20,000 nucleotides of DNA, taken from IMG/VR virus record IMGVR_UViG_3300031758_000046; one strand, given 5' to 3'. Both the position numbers and the translations under genes were made by a program. Origin of the DNA: an uncultured virus (IMG/VR IMGVR_UViG_3300031758_000046) (taxonomy: Duplodnaviria > Heunggongvirae > Uroviricota > Caudoviricetes). Below, piece after piece: positions 1 to 8,031 of the stretch (positions within the stretch are counted from its first letter, which is position 1; each line of letters begins with the position of its first letter). The notes under the pieces were generated by a model. It made no database searches, was not told where the DNA came from, and was given only the letters and a program-made list of their open reading frames with translations.

Positions 1-19
1 AGTTGACCAGAAAGAGTTT

Positions 20-1009
20 ATGAATATTTCATTTTCTACGCCTATAGTTAATTTAAGAACTAATAATGGATATGGATATGCAAGTAAAAATATAGTAAAA
101 TCTTTAAATAAACTAGGACACTTCACACCATTTCAAGATCCAAAATCAAAATTACAATTAAATTTTTCACAACCATCACATTTTAAATTACATAAAAATC
201 AACATCAAATTAGTTATACTCCGTGGGAGTCCACAATAATCCCAGAAGAGTGGAAATATTACATGAATGCATGTGATGAAATATGGGTAACTTCAGATTG
301 GTGTGCAAATGTATTTGAAGATAATGGATTTAAAGTTTCTAATGTTTATCCACACGGTATTGACCCTATGTGGATCCCAAACAGAAGGCAAGATGACGGA
401 GTAATTAAATTTTTACACATAGGGGAGCCAGCACCAAGAAAAGCTGGACAAATGGTATTAGATGCATTTGGACATTTATTCGGAAATAAAGACGGATTCT
501 CATTAACAATTAAAGCAGATCAAATAAATACCACCAGAGTATATAATAACTATTTAGATAAAAATATTTTAGGAACACCAGATAAATATTATAATAACGT
601 ATATGTAATTATAGATGTCTTAAATGATGAGGAATTAGTAGAATTATACCAGTCTCATGATGTCTTAGTTTATCCAAGTTATGGTGAAGGATTTGGCTTT
701 ATTCCATTACAAGCATTAGCAACTGGCATGCCAACAATATGTACAACAGGATGGGCACATTACGAAAATTATCTTGGTCCACTAAAATTAAAATCAGAAT
801 TAATAGATTCACCTTGGCCATTTCCACATCAAGGAAAAGTTTTTGAACCAAACTATCAACATTTACTTGAACTTATGAGAGATGTTTCAATAAACTTTAA
901 TGCATATTCTGGATATTATTTTGCTCAGTCAACTAAAATACATAAAGATTATAATTGGGATCAGTTGACCAAGAATGCATTTAAAGATATTTTAAAAAAA
1001 ATTTATTAA
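20..1009 (+). CDS. Glycosyltransferase, GT-B fold, family 4 (Glycos_transf_1-like)
   Basis: 329 aa ORF; N-terminal GYG motif, HGID, 'FLHIGEPAPRK' and C-terminal 'HDVLVYPSYGEGFGFIPLQALATGMPTI' (EX7E-type motif with Q at the second position), ending 'YNWD'. Confidence 0.88.
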   Translation: MNISFSTPIVNLRTNNGYGYASKNIVKSLNKLGHFTPFQDPKSKLQLNFSQPSHFKLHKNQHQISYTPWESTIIPEEWKYYMNACDEIWVTSDWCANVFEDNGFKVSNVYPHGIDPMWIPNRRQDDGVIKFLHIGEPAPRKAGQMVLDAFGHLFGNKDGFSLTIKADQINTTRVYNNYLDKNILGTPDKYYNNVYVIIDVLNDEELVELYQSHDVLVYPSYGEGFGFIPLQALATGMPTICTTGWAHYENYLGPLKLKSELIDSPWPFPHQGKVFEPNYQHLLELMRDVSINFNAYSGYYFAQSTKIHKDYNWDQLTKNAFKDILKKIY

Positions 1010-1033
1010 AGTCTTCCCCTTGTGAATAACATT

Positions 1034-1042
1034 TGATACACT
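1034..1042 (+). promoter_or_regulatory. Possible extended -10 promoter (TGaTACACT) upstream of the RNR gene
   Basis: TGn-TAnnnT in the intergenic gap 1010-1096; same pattern as other intergenic motifs in the window; no good -35. Confidence 0.35.
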
Positions 1043-1096
1043 TATATCTCATCTAAATTTTAAAAACTGCACAGGCGGAGAAAAGGTCGTATATAA

Positions 1097-3031
1097 ATGC
1101 CATTTACAATTGAAAACCCATATGAAAACTTTATTGCATTATCTAGATATGCAAGATGGATGCCAGAAGAAAATCGTCGTGAAACATGGAGCGAAACCGT
1201 AGATCGTTATTTTGTTTTTATGTTAGATCATTTGTTTAGAGAGTATTCGTACGAGCCATCATCAAAGTTAATCCAGGAATTAAAAGAAGCAGTTCTTAAA
1301 AGAAATGTTATGCCTTCAATGAGAGCAGTAATGACTTCAGGTCCAGCTTTAGAAAGAGATCATGTTGCTGGATACAATTGTTCATTTGTTCCAGTAGATT
1401 CTCCTCGTTCATTTGATGAAACAATGTATATTCTTATGTGCGGTACAGGAGTAGGATTTTCTGTTGAATATAAGTACATTAATAAATTACCAGCAGTTCC
1501 AGAATCATTAGAAAAATCTACAACCGTAATTACAGTAGAAGATTCTAAACAAGGATGGGCAAAAGCATATCGTGAACTTCTTGCAATGCTTTGGGCAGGA
1601 CAAATTCCAGCAATTGATGTAACTAAATTGCGTCCAGCAGGAGCACGTCTTAAAACTATGGGCGGAAGATCTTCTGGCCCACAACCATTAGTTAATCTTT
1701 TTGATTTTACAATTAAAATATTTAAAAATGCAGTTGGAAGAAATTTAAAACCAATTGAATGTCATGACTTAATGTGTAAAATTGGTGAAGTAGTAGTTGT
1801 TGGTGGAGTTCGTAGATCCGCAATGATTTCTCTTTCTAATATTAATGACATTGAGATGGCGTCAGCAAAATCTGGCAACTGGTGGGAAACAAATCCACAA
1901 CGTGCACTATCAAATAATTCTGTTGCATATTCTCGTAAACCAGAAATGGAACAGTTCATAGCAGAATGGAAAAATTTATATGATTCAAAATCAGGAGAGC
2001 GTGGAATATACAATGTTGCAGCAGCACAGGCGCAAGCAGCTAAATATGGACGCAGGGATCCTGAAATACACTATGGAACAAACCCTTGCTCTGAAATTAT
2101 TTTGCGTCCTTATCAGTTTTGTAACCTTTCAGAAGTCGTATTACGTGAAAAAGATACAATTGAGGATGTTGAAAATAAAGTACGACTTGCTACAATTCTT
2201 GGTACCTGGCAATCAACCTTAACAGACTTTAAATATCTTAGAAAAATTTGGAAAGATAACACAGAAGAAGAAAGACTACTAGGGGTTTCTTTAACTGGAC
2301 AGTTTGGGCATAAATTCTTTTCTGGAAAAGAAGATATTAATAAATTAGAAAAAACTCTGGTATCGCTTCGAGAGTCAGCCAGAAAAATAAATTCTGAAGA
2401 AGCCAAAAAAATTGGTATACAGGAATCAGCAGCAATTACTTGTGTTAAACCATCTGGCACCGTATCTCAATTAGTAGGAGTGTCTTCAGGAATGCATCCT
2501 TGGCATTCCAAGTATTATATTCGCACAGTTCGTGGATCAAAGGGAGACCCAATTTCTGTATTTTTAAAAGAAGTAGGAATTCCAGTAGAAGATGATGTGA
2601 TGAAGCCAAATGAAACTTATGTATTTTCATTTCCAATCAAAGCACCAGAAGAAGCAATTGTTAGAAGCGACCTTACAGCAATTGATCATTTAAATACTTG
2701 GTTGGTTTATCAGCGTGCATGGTGTGAACACAAGCCATCTATTACTGTTTCTGTAAAAGAAGATGAATGGATGGAAGTTGGATCATGGGTTTATAAAAAC
2801 TTTGATGAAGTATCTGGAATCTCATTCCTACCCCACTCAGATCATTCATACAAACAAGCACCATATCAAGAAGTTACTAAAGAAGAGTACGAAGAGCTTT
2901 TGTCTAAAATGCCAAAAGAAATTAGATGGCAAGATCTTTCATTTTATGAAACAGAAGATGGAACTTCTACAAATGCTACGCTTGCATGTACTTCAGACGG
3001 TAACTGTGAACTTGTAGATATTTCTGCATAG
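1097..3031 (+). CDS. nrdJ: Class II (adenosylcobalamin-dependent) ribonucleotide reductase, RTPR/NrdJ type
   Basis: 644 aa; 'YNCSF', 'GGVRRSAMISL', catalytic 'TNPCSEI', 'QFCNLSEV', 'TCVKPSGT' and C-terminal redox Cys pair 'ACTSDGNCE'. No adjacent nrdB small-subunit gene and no intein visible. Confidence 0.93.
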   Translation: MPFTIENPYENFIALSRYARWMPEENRRETWSETVDRYFVFMLDHLFREYSYEPSSKLIQELKEAVLKRNVMPSMRAVMTSGPALERDHVAGYNCSFVPVDSPRSFDETMYILMCGTGVGFSVEYKYINKLPAVPESLEKSTTVITVEDSKQGWAKAYRELLAMLWAGQIPAIDVTKLRPAGARLKTMGGRSSGPQPLVNLFDFTIKIFKNAVGRNLKPIECHDLMCKIGEVVVVGGVRRSAMISLSNINDIEMASAKSGNWWETNPQRALSNNSVAYSRKPEMEQFIAEWKNLYDSKSGERGIYNVAAAQAQAAKYGRRDPEIHYGTNPCSEIILRPYQFCNLSEVVLREKDTIEDVENKVRLATILGTWQSTLTDFKYLRKIWKDNTEEERLLGVSLTGQFGHKFFSGKEDINKLEKTLVSLRESARKINSEEAKKIGIQESAAITCVKPSGTVSQLVGVSSGMHPWHSKYYIRTVRGSKGDPISVFLKEVGIPVEDDVMKPNETYVFSFPIKAPEEAIVRSDLTAIDHLNTWLVYQRAWCEHKPSITVSVKEDEWMEVGSWVYKNFDEVSGISFLPHSDHSYKQAPYQEVTKEEYEELLSKMPKEIRWQDLSFYETEDGTSTNATLACTSDGNCELVDISA

Positions 3032-3040
3032 TGGTATTAT
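3012..3040 (+). promoter_or_regulatory. Sigma70-type promoter TTGTAG-N17-TATTAT with extended -10 TG
   Basis: TTGTAG 3012-3017, TG 3032-3033, TATTAT 3035-3040; overlaps the nrdJ stop, upstream of the holin-like gene. Confidence 0.5.
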
Positions 3041-3100
3041 ATTAGTATTGGGTAACCCCCAAAATTCCTGGGCACACGGCTCAGAAATAGGAGGATCTTA

Positions 3101-3328
3101 ATGAAAAAAGATCTAAATAACGATGGAGTAATAACAATGACAGAACAAATCCTAGCGGCTCTTGGAACATATGCTCGTGCATTTCTTTCAGCAGCAATCG
3201 CTTTGTATATGACTGGCAATACAAATCCAAAGGACCTTTTGATGGGTGGAGTTGCAGCAGTAGCCCCAGTAATTTTAAAGGCTCTTTCACCAAGCAATCA
3301 AGAGTTTGGTTTCAAGTCAGCTAAGTAA
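3101..3328 (+). CDS. Small membrane protein, putative holin (two hydrophobic segments), possible dual start
   Basis: 75 aa, RBS AGGAGG 3089-3094; hydrophobic stretches 'ILAALGTYARAFLSAAIALYM' and 'LLMGGVAAVAPVILKAL'; charged C-terminus; second Met (3137) with GGAG at 3125-3128. Confidence 0.6.
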   Translation: MKKDLNNDGVITMTEQILAALGTYARAFLSAAIALYMTGNTNPKDLLMGGVAAVAPVILKALSPSNQEFGFKSAK

Positions 3329-3347
3329 TTTAGTAAACTGTATTAAG

Positions 3348-3381
3348 AAAGCTCCTATGCTAAAATGAGCATAGGAGTTTT
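3348..3381 (+). terminator. Intrinsic terminator-like hairpin after the holin-like gene
   Basis: Perfect 10-bp stem CTCCTATGCT (3352-3361) / AGCATAGGAG (3368-3377), 6-nt loop, followed by TTTT. Confidence 0.65.
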
Positions 3382-3403
3382 CCTATTTTAGGAGATTTTG
3401 AAA

Positions 3404-3754
3404 ATGGCAGTACAAAAGAATTTTGAAGTAGATCAAAATGCTACTTTTACCTTTGAGGTTCAATACACCTTAGAGGACGAAGTCACACCAATAAGTTTAG
3501 TAAATGCAACTGCAAAAATGCAAGTACGTGATACTAAAGGTGGATCTAAATTAGCATTTACACTAACATCACCGTCTGGTGGTATAACAATTAATGGCGC
3601 AACTGGAACATTAACCATTAAAATGACACCTACTCAGACAAATAAACTCTTTTATCCAAAATCTTCTTATGACATTATGGTTGTCGATTCTAACGGGAAT
3701 AAAATAAAACTCCTTGAAGGGTTTTTAACTCTCAGCAGATCGGTAACTATATAA
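3404..3754 (+). CDS. Virion structural beta-sandwich protein (tail-fibre attachment/collar type, LtfC/BppU_N-like)
   Basis: Pattern 'DQNATF...PISL..ATAKMQVR...G.ITI...GTLTI...YDI...KLLEG.LTL..SVT', common in phage fibre-attachment proteins. ATG 3404 preferred over TTG 3398 because of AGGAG at 3390-3394. Confidence 0.6.
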   Translation: MAVQKNFEVDQNATFTFEVQYTLEDEVTPISLVNATAKMQVRDTKGGSKLAFTLTSPSGGITINGATGTLTIKMTPTQTNKLFYPKSSYDIMVVDSNGNKIKLLEGFLTLSRSVTI

Positions 3755-4206
3755 TGTCAGAAAAAGTAATAGTAACAGAAGTAAAAAATAAAGTAATTAT
3801 TAAATCCCCTGGGCCACAAGGACCAGCTGGAAGAACAATATTAAATGGCACTGGTGCTCCCGCAAATAACTTAGGAGTTACTGGTGATTTTTATTATAAT
3901 ACAACTACTACAGATTTTTATGGTCCAAAATTAACAGACTTGTCATGGTCTGGATCATCAGTTATTAAATTTGTACAAGAAGGATCTGATTATTCATATT
4001 CTACTTCTTGGGAACTTGCTCAAGTAACTGGACCAGTTTCTGGAATATATTCTGTAACTATTAACCATAACCTAGACTTTTTCCCAAATGCAACAATAAA
4101 AGATAGCTCTGGAGAAACAGTAGAAACTGGATTAGAATACATTAATACAAATACAATAAAACTGACAATGGCTCAACCATTTTCAGGGACAGCATACCTG
4201 TCATAA
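3754..4206 (+). CDS. Virion/tail-fibre accessory protein
   Basis: TAATG overlap with the previous gene; short GPQGPAG, 'GTGAP...GDFYYNT' fibre motif; C-terminal 'TINHNL...' small beta domain. Confidence 0.6.
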   Translation: MSEKVIVTEVKNKVIIKSPGPQGPAGRTILNGTGAPANNLGVTGDFYYNTTTTDFYGPKLTDLSWSGSSVIKFVQEGSDYSYSTSWELAQVTGPVSGIYSVTINHNLDFFPNATIKDSSGETVETGLEYINTNTIKLTMAQPFSGTAYLS

Positions 4207-4218
4207 AGGAGAAATAAA

Positions 4219-5151
4219 ATGGCAAGAAAATTTTTAGTTAGTTTAGATCTTAACAAAAATGAGTTACTAAACGCTAGATTACAAAATCTGTCTTCCGACC
4301 CATCTTCACCAGTGGCAGGTCAGATTTACTTTAATACACAAGACAATGTAACAAAATTTTATGATGGCAATCAATGGATTTCAGGGGGGTCTACTAAATT
4401 TGGCCTAGAGGCAAATAGACCAAGTCCTTCTAAATCAGGAACCTTATATGCCGCAACAGACACAAGTACATTATTTTTGGATAATGGAACATCTTGGATT
4501 CAAATATCTGTAAATCCTGAAGATTTAGCAGATGCTCTTCAAGAAGCAAAAGATTACACAGATACTCGTGAAATTGCAATTACATCTGCTTACGAAGCAT
4601 ATGCAGATCAAGCAGAGGTAGATGCAAAAGCTTACACAGATGCTCGTGAAACTGCAATAACAACAGCCTATGAATCTTACACAACAACAGCAATTGGTAA
4701 TTTAATTGATGGTGCACCAGGCTTATTAGATACATTAAATGAAATTGCAGCGGCAATTAACGATGACGCTAATTATTTCACAACTATTGCAAATTCACTT
4801 GCAACAAAACAAGATAACTTAACAGCCGCAAACGGTATTGATATTGATAGCTCTCAAAATATTTCTGTAAAGCTAGGAACTGGTTTATCTTTTGATGGCT
4901 CTGGAAATATCGTTCCTTCAAGCGGATATGGAGTAAGAAAATATTCAGAAGATATTGGAGACGGCACAGCAGTTTCTTTTGTAATTCCACACGGCTTTAG
5001 TACAAAAGACGTAACAGTTCAAGTATATGAAAAAGCTTCACCTTTTTCAAAAGTTGAAACAGATGTAGAGCACACCGATGTAAACACCACTACAATTAAA
5101 TTTGCATTAGCTCCAAGTCTAAATGAGTACAGAGTTGTAGTAATAGGATAA
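4219..5151 (+). CDS. Tail-fibre-like structural protein
   Basis: RBS AAGGAG; '[19 protein letters not shown]' motif; internal repeat with 78-nt period (4543-4602 / 4621-4680); '[19 protein letters not shown]' fibre motif; C-terminal 'HGF' beta domain. Confidence 0.7.
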   Translation: MARKFLVSLDLNKNELLNARLQNLSSDPSSPVAGQIYFNTQDNVTKFYDGNQWISGGSTKFGLEANRPSPSKSGTLYAATDTSTLFLDNGTSWIQISVNPEDLADALQEAKDYTDTREIAITSAYEAYADQAEVDAKAYTDARETAITTAYESYTTTAIGNLIDGAPGLLDTLNEIAAAINDDANYFTTIANSLATKQDNLTAANGIDIDSSQNISVKLGTGLSFDGSGNIVPSSGYGVRKYSEDIGDGTAVSFVIPHGFSTKDVTVQVYEKASPFSKVETDVEHTDVNTTTIKFALAPSLNEYRVVVIG

Positions 5152-5155
5152 AAAC

Positions 5156-5512
5156 GTGAAGTTAAGGTCTTTACTTAATTTAGCAACACTAGCCTCCGAC
5201 CCAGCAGGGTCGGTAGGCGATGTGTTTTTTAATACAACAGAAAAAGCCTTAAAAATTCATAACGGAACAACATGGATTATTCTTTCACAGAACACAGACC
5301 CAGCACCATTCTATATGCACACACATACATTTGATGGTGACATACATACAATTGATATTGAAAATCCAATAACATTTAAAGATATAAATACTGTAGCAAG
5401 TGTCTCAGAAAATATTCCTAAGATAGTAGGGTTTGACGGAGGGTCACCATCAAACAATGTTACAGATCCTAATTTCTTAGAGTTATCATTACTAGATGGC
5501 GGCAATATTTAA
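5156..5512 (+). CDS. Small structural protein, fibre-related
   Basis: GTG start with AGGA upstream; N-terminal 'SDPAGSVGDVFFNT..KIHNGTTW' parallels the 4219 protein; HTH motif; DGG motifs. Confidence 0.55.
   Translation: MKLRSLLNLATLASDPAGSVGDVFFNTTEKALKIHNGTTWIILSQNTDPAPFYMHTHTFDGDIHTIDIENPITFKDINTVASVSENIPKIVGFDGGSPSNNVTDPNFLELSLLDGGNI
5192..5230 (+). other. GC-rich intragenic hairpin followed by a T-run
   Basis: GCCT-CCGACCC (5192-5202), loop AGCA, GGGTCGG-t-AGGC (5207-5218); TTTTTT at 5225-5230. Confidence 0.45.
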
Positions 5513-5574
5513 TTTTTAGGCAATTATAAATATTATAATGTATAATATAACTAAGTCATAATTTAGAGGTAAAA

Positions 5575-6132
5575 ATGGCAACAAACTTTCCAAGCTCTTT
5601 AGATACATTAACGAATCCAAACTCAACAGATGCGTTATCAAATCCGTCACACTCTCAGCAGCACACCAATCTTAATGACGCTGTCGAAGCAATTCAGACA
5701 AAAATTGGTGTAAATGGATCTAATGACTCAACTTCAATTCAGTATAAAATATCAGAAATAGAAACAACCTTATCAGATATTGAAAATTCAACTGGGGCAA
5801 CAGAGACTCTTTTAGGACTAGAGGGAAACAATGACCTTACAATATCAGGTATTGAAAACAAAACTACTATAGACTCATTTAATAAAAATCTGTATAGAAC
5901 ATTAGAATACACTGTTCAATTATCTAGAGGATCAGAGTATCACAGTTCTAATATTTTAATTTTAAATGATGGCACTAATGTAAACATTGCAGAATCAAAC
6001 ATTATTTCAAACACAAATAATGTTCTGGCTAATCTTACTTTTGAAGAAAATTCGGGTATAATTAGTTTATGCGTTACTCCAACGAGTACAGCAGTTACTG
6101 CTAGATATTACAGAACAGCACTTAAAGTATAA
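5575..6132 (+). CDS. Virion structural protein
   Basis: N-terminal 'ATNFPSSLD...H..QH.NLNDAVEAIQTKIG' motif frequent in phage structural proteins; C-terminal beta domain resembles the C-terminus of the next gene; RBS GAGG. Confidence 0.6.
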   Translation: MATNFPSSLDTLTNPNSTDALSNPSHSQQHTNLNDAVEAIQTKIGVNGSNDSTSIQYKISEIETTLSDIENSTGATETLLGLEGNNDLTISGIENKTTIDSFNKNLYRTLEYTVQLSRGSEYHSSNILILNDGTNVNIAESNIISNTNNVLANLTFEENSGIISLCVTPTSTAVTARYYRTALKV

Positions 6133-6155
6133 AAAAAGCAGTAAAAGGGGAATAA

Positions 6156-7577
6156 ATGGCAACAGTAAATAAGAACTTTAGAATCAAACATGGTCTGGTG
6201 GTTGAGGGATCAACCGCTACCGTAAATGGCCAAAATGTATTAACCGAAACAGGTGGAGATGCCTATATTCTCAACCTCGTTGGCGGGGCAACACTTGTAA
6301 AATCTGTATCCTCTGACTTTGCAGTAGACGGAGCAGGAAATCTTACAATCAACGGATCTTCAGATCTTGCAAGAACTGGAGATATTACCACAGCAGTTAA
6401 TGCACTAGACACTGATGATATTGAAGAAGGTGCAAGTAATCTTTATCATACCGCACAACGTGCAAAAGATGCAGCAGCAGAACTTTTAACAAATGCATCA
6501 ACAACAAATATTACAATTACAGGAACAGGTGCTGGATTAACAATTACTGCCGAAAACGGCGTAGCTGATTCAGACACTGATGATCTTACTGAAGGCACAA
6601 CAAATCTATACTTCACCAATCAACGTGCATTAGATGCAACAGCATCAGCATACGATATATCAGGTTCTGCTTCAGCAGCACAAACTGCAGCAGAAAATTA
6701 TGCAGACAGTTTAGCAGGAAACTATGATCCAGCAGGCGCTGCTTTAACAGCAGAAACTAATGCTAATATATATACAGATAGTGAAATCAATGGCTTAGTT
6801 ACAGATGACATTGAAGAGGGTGTAAGTAATCTTTACTTTACAAATACTCGTGCTCGTGGAGCAATTTCTGCAGGAACTGGAATCAGTTACGATAGCGGAA
6901 CTGGTGTAGTATCTGTAGACAATACAATTGCAACAGAGTCTTACGTCAATACAGCAATTAGTAACCTTGTTGACGGAGCTCCTGATCTTTTAAATACTCT
7001 TAATGAAATTGCAGCAGCAATCAATGATGACGCAAACTACTTTACAACAATTGCTAATCAGATTGCAGGAAAGCAAGATACATTAACAGCATCTACAGGA
7101 ATTACAATTGATGGTTCAAATAACATTTCGGTAACAGCCAATACATATGATGCATATGGAGCAGCTTCAGCGGCCCAAACAGCAGCAGAGGCTACAGCTC
7201 AGGCAGCACTGGATGATGTTCTTGATGCCACAACACCATTCTCAGACATCAATATAAATGATTTTGCAAAGCAGGTAGCTGCTAGATCTACATCACTTGG
7301 TTCAGTTGTAGTAACTGCTTATCAGTTCAATAAATCAACATTTAAATCAGGTAAGTTCTTGGTTAAGATTGACAACGGAACACATAATGAAATCTCAGAA
7401 ATTCTAGTAACACTAGATTCATCTGACAACGTAGCAATTACAGAATATGCAATCGTCGGAACAAATGGTTCAAGAGGAACAATTACAGCAGATGTAGATG
7501 GAACTCATTGCCGAATCAGAGTAAATCCAGTAAATGATTCAACTATTACTGTAGCTGGTACAATCTTTAACGCATAA
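6156..7577 (+). CDS. Tail-fibre-like structural protein with TDDxxEGxxNLYxTxxRA repeats
   Basis: Three 18-aa repeats (6411-6464, 6576-6629, 6801-6854); '[19 protein letters not shown]' module; Ala/Thr/Gly-rich. Confidence 0.72.
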   Translation: MATVNKNFRIKHGLVVEGSTATVNGQNVLTETGGDAYILNLVGGATLVKSVSSDFAVDGAGNLTINGSSDLARTGDITTAVNALDTDDIEEGASNLYHTAQRAKDAAAELLTNASTTNITITGTGAGLTITAENGVADSDTDDLTEGTTNLYFTNQRALDATASAYDISGSASAAQTAAENYADSLAGNYDPAGAALTAETNANIYTDSEINGLVTDDIEEGVSNLYFTNTRARGAISAGTGISYDSGTGVVSVDNTIATESYVNTAISNLVDGAPDLLNTLNEIAAAINDDANYFTTIANQIAGKQDTLTASTGITIDGSNNISVTANTYDAYGAASAAQTAAEATAQAALDDVLDATTPFSDININDFAKQVAARSTSLGSVVVTAYQFNKSTFKSGKFLVKIDNGTHNEISEILVTLDSSDNVAITEYAIVGTNGSRGTITADVDGTHCRIRVNPVNDSTITVAGTIFNA

Positions 7578-7585
7578 TTAAATAA

Positions 7586-7613
7586 AAGGCTAGGGGAGAG
7601 CCTTAATCTCCCC
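7586..7613 (+). other. Intergenic hairpin(s), two overlapping alternative stems
   Basis: GGGGAGA (7593-7599) / TCTCCCC (7607-7613) and AAGGCT (7586-7591) / AGCCTT (7599-7604); no U-tract on the + strand. Confidence 0.45.
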
Positions 7614-7643
7614 ACAAAAAACAATTAGGGGATAGTGAACTTA

Positions 7644-7991
7644 ATGGCAACAACAGATAAAAACTTTAAAGTTAAAAATGGACTCAATGTCGCAGGAAAC
7701 GCTACATTTGATTCTAGCGTTATATTGGGATCAACCCCCCTAAGATTTGATACGGCAACAAATAAACTACAGATCCAATTAAATGGAACATGGAAGCCTA
7801 TTGCATTTACCGAAGACCTGGAAAGCCAAATTGGCTTTACAGATATCGGACTAGCAATAGATTACAATGGTCTTCCAATATACACAGTTCAGGCAAATGG
7901 AGTAAGCACCACAGCAACTAAGTTCGCTGACGGTGGAACCCCAGAAACCTCAACATATGGTATGACATTTGATTCTGGGGCTTTAGTTTAA
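7644..7991 (+). CDS. Small structural protein with N-terminus paralogous to the 6156 protein
   Basis: 'MATTDKNFKVKNGLNVAG' vs 'MATVNKNFRIKHGLVVEG'; ATG 7644 preferred over GTG 7635 (GGGGA at 7628-7632 is too close to the GTG). Confidence 0.6.
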   Translation: MATTDKNFKVKNGLNVAGNATFDSSVILGSTPLRFDTATNKLQIQLNGTWKPIAFTEDLESQIGFTDIGLAIDYNGLPIYTVQANGVSTTATKFADGGTPETSTYGMTFDSGALV

Positions 7992-8000
7992 ATAAAATAA

Positions 8001-8009
8001 TGCTATACT
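8001..8009 (+). promoter_or_regulatory. Extended -10 promoter (TGcTATACT)
   Basis: TGn-TATACT in the intergenic gap before the long fibre gene, followed by the AAGGGG RBS. Confidence 0.45.
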
Positions 8010-8031
8010 TAGCAAATAAGGGGAAATAAAT

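Noticed and set aside
1..23. AGTTGACCA shared with 963-971, possibly the end of an upstream paralog (..LTRKSL-stop with ATGA overlap)
   Set aside because: Only 9 nt of identity at the window edge; cannot be distinguished from chance.
1010..1096. Cobalamin riboswitch or NrdR box upstream of nrdJ
   Set aside because: The gap is only 87 nt, AT-rich, with no B12 box and no convincing NrdR palindrome.
3048..3084. Two small hairpins in the holin leader as an ncRNA
   Set aside because: Stems of only 5-6 bp with no recognisable RNA family features.
1762..3297. Short alternative-frame and antisense ORFs within nrdJ and the holin-like gene (and similar ones elsewhere in the track)
   Set aside because: They overlap well-supported genes and show no motifs or RBS.
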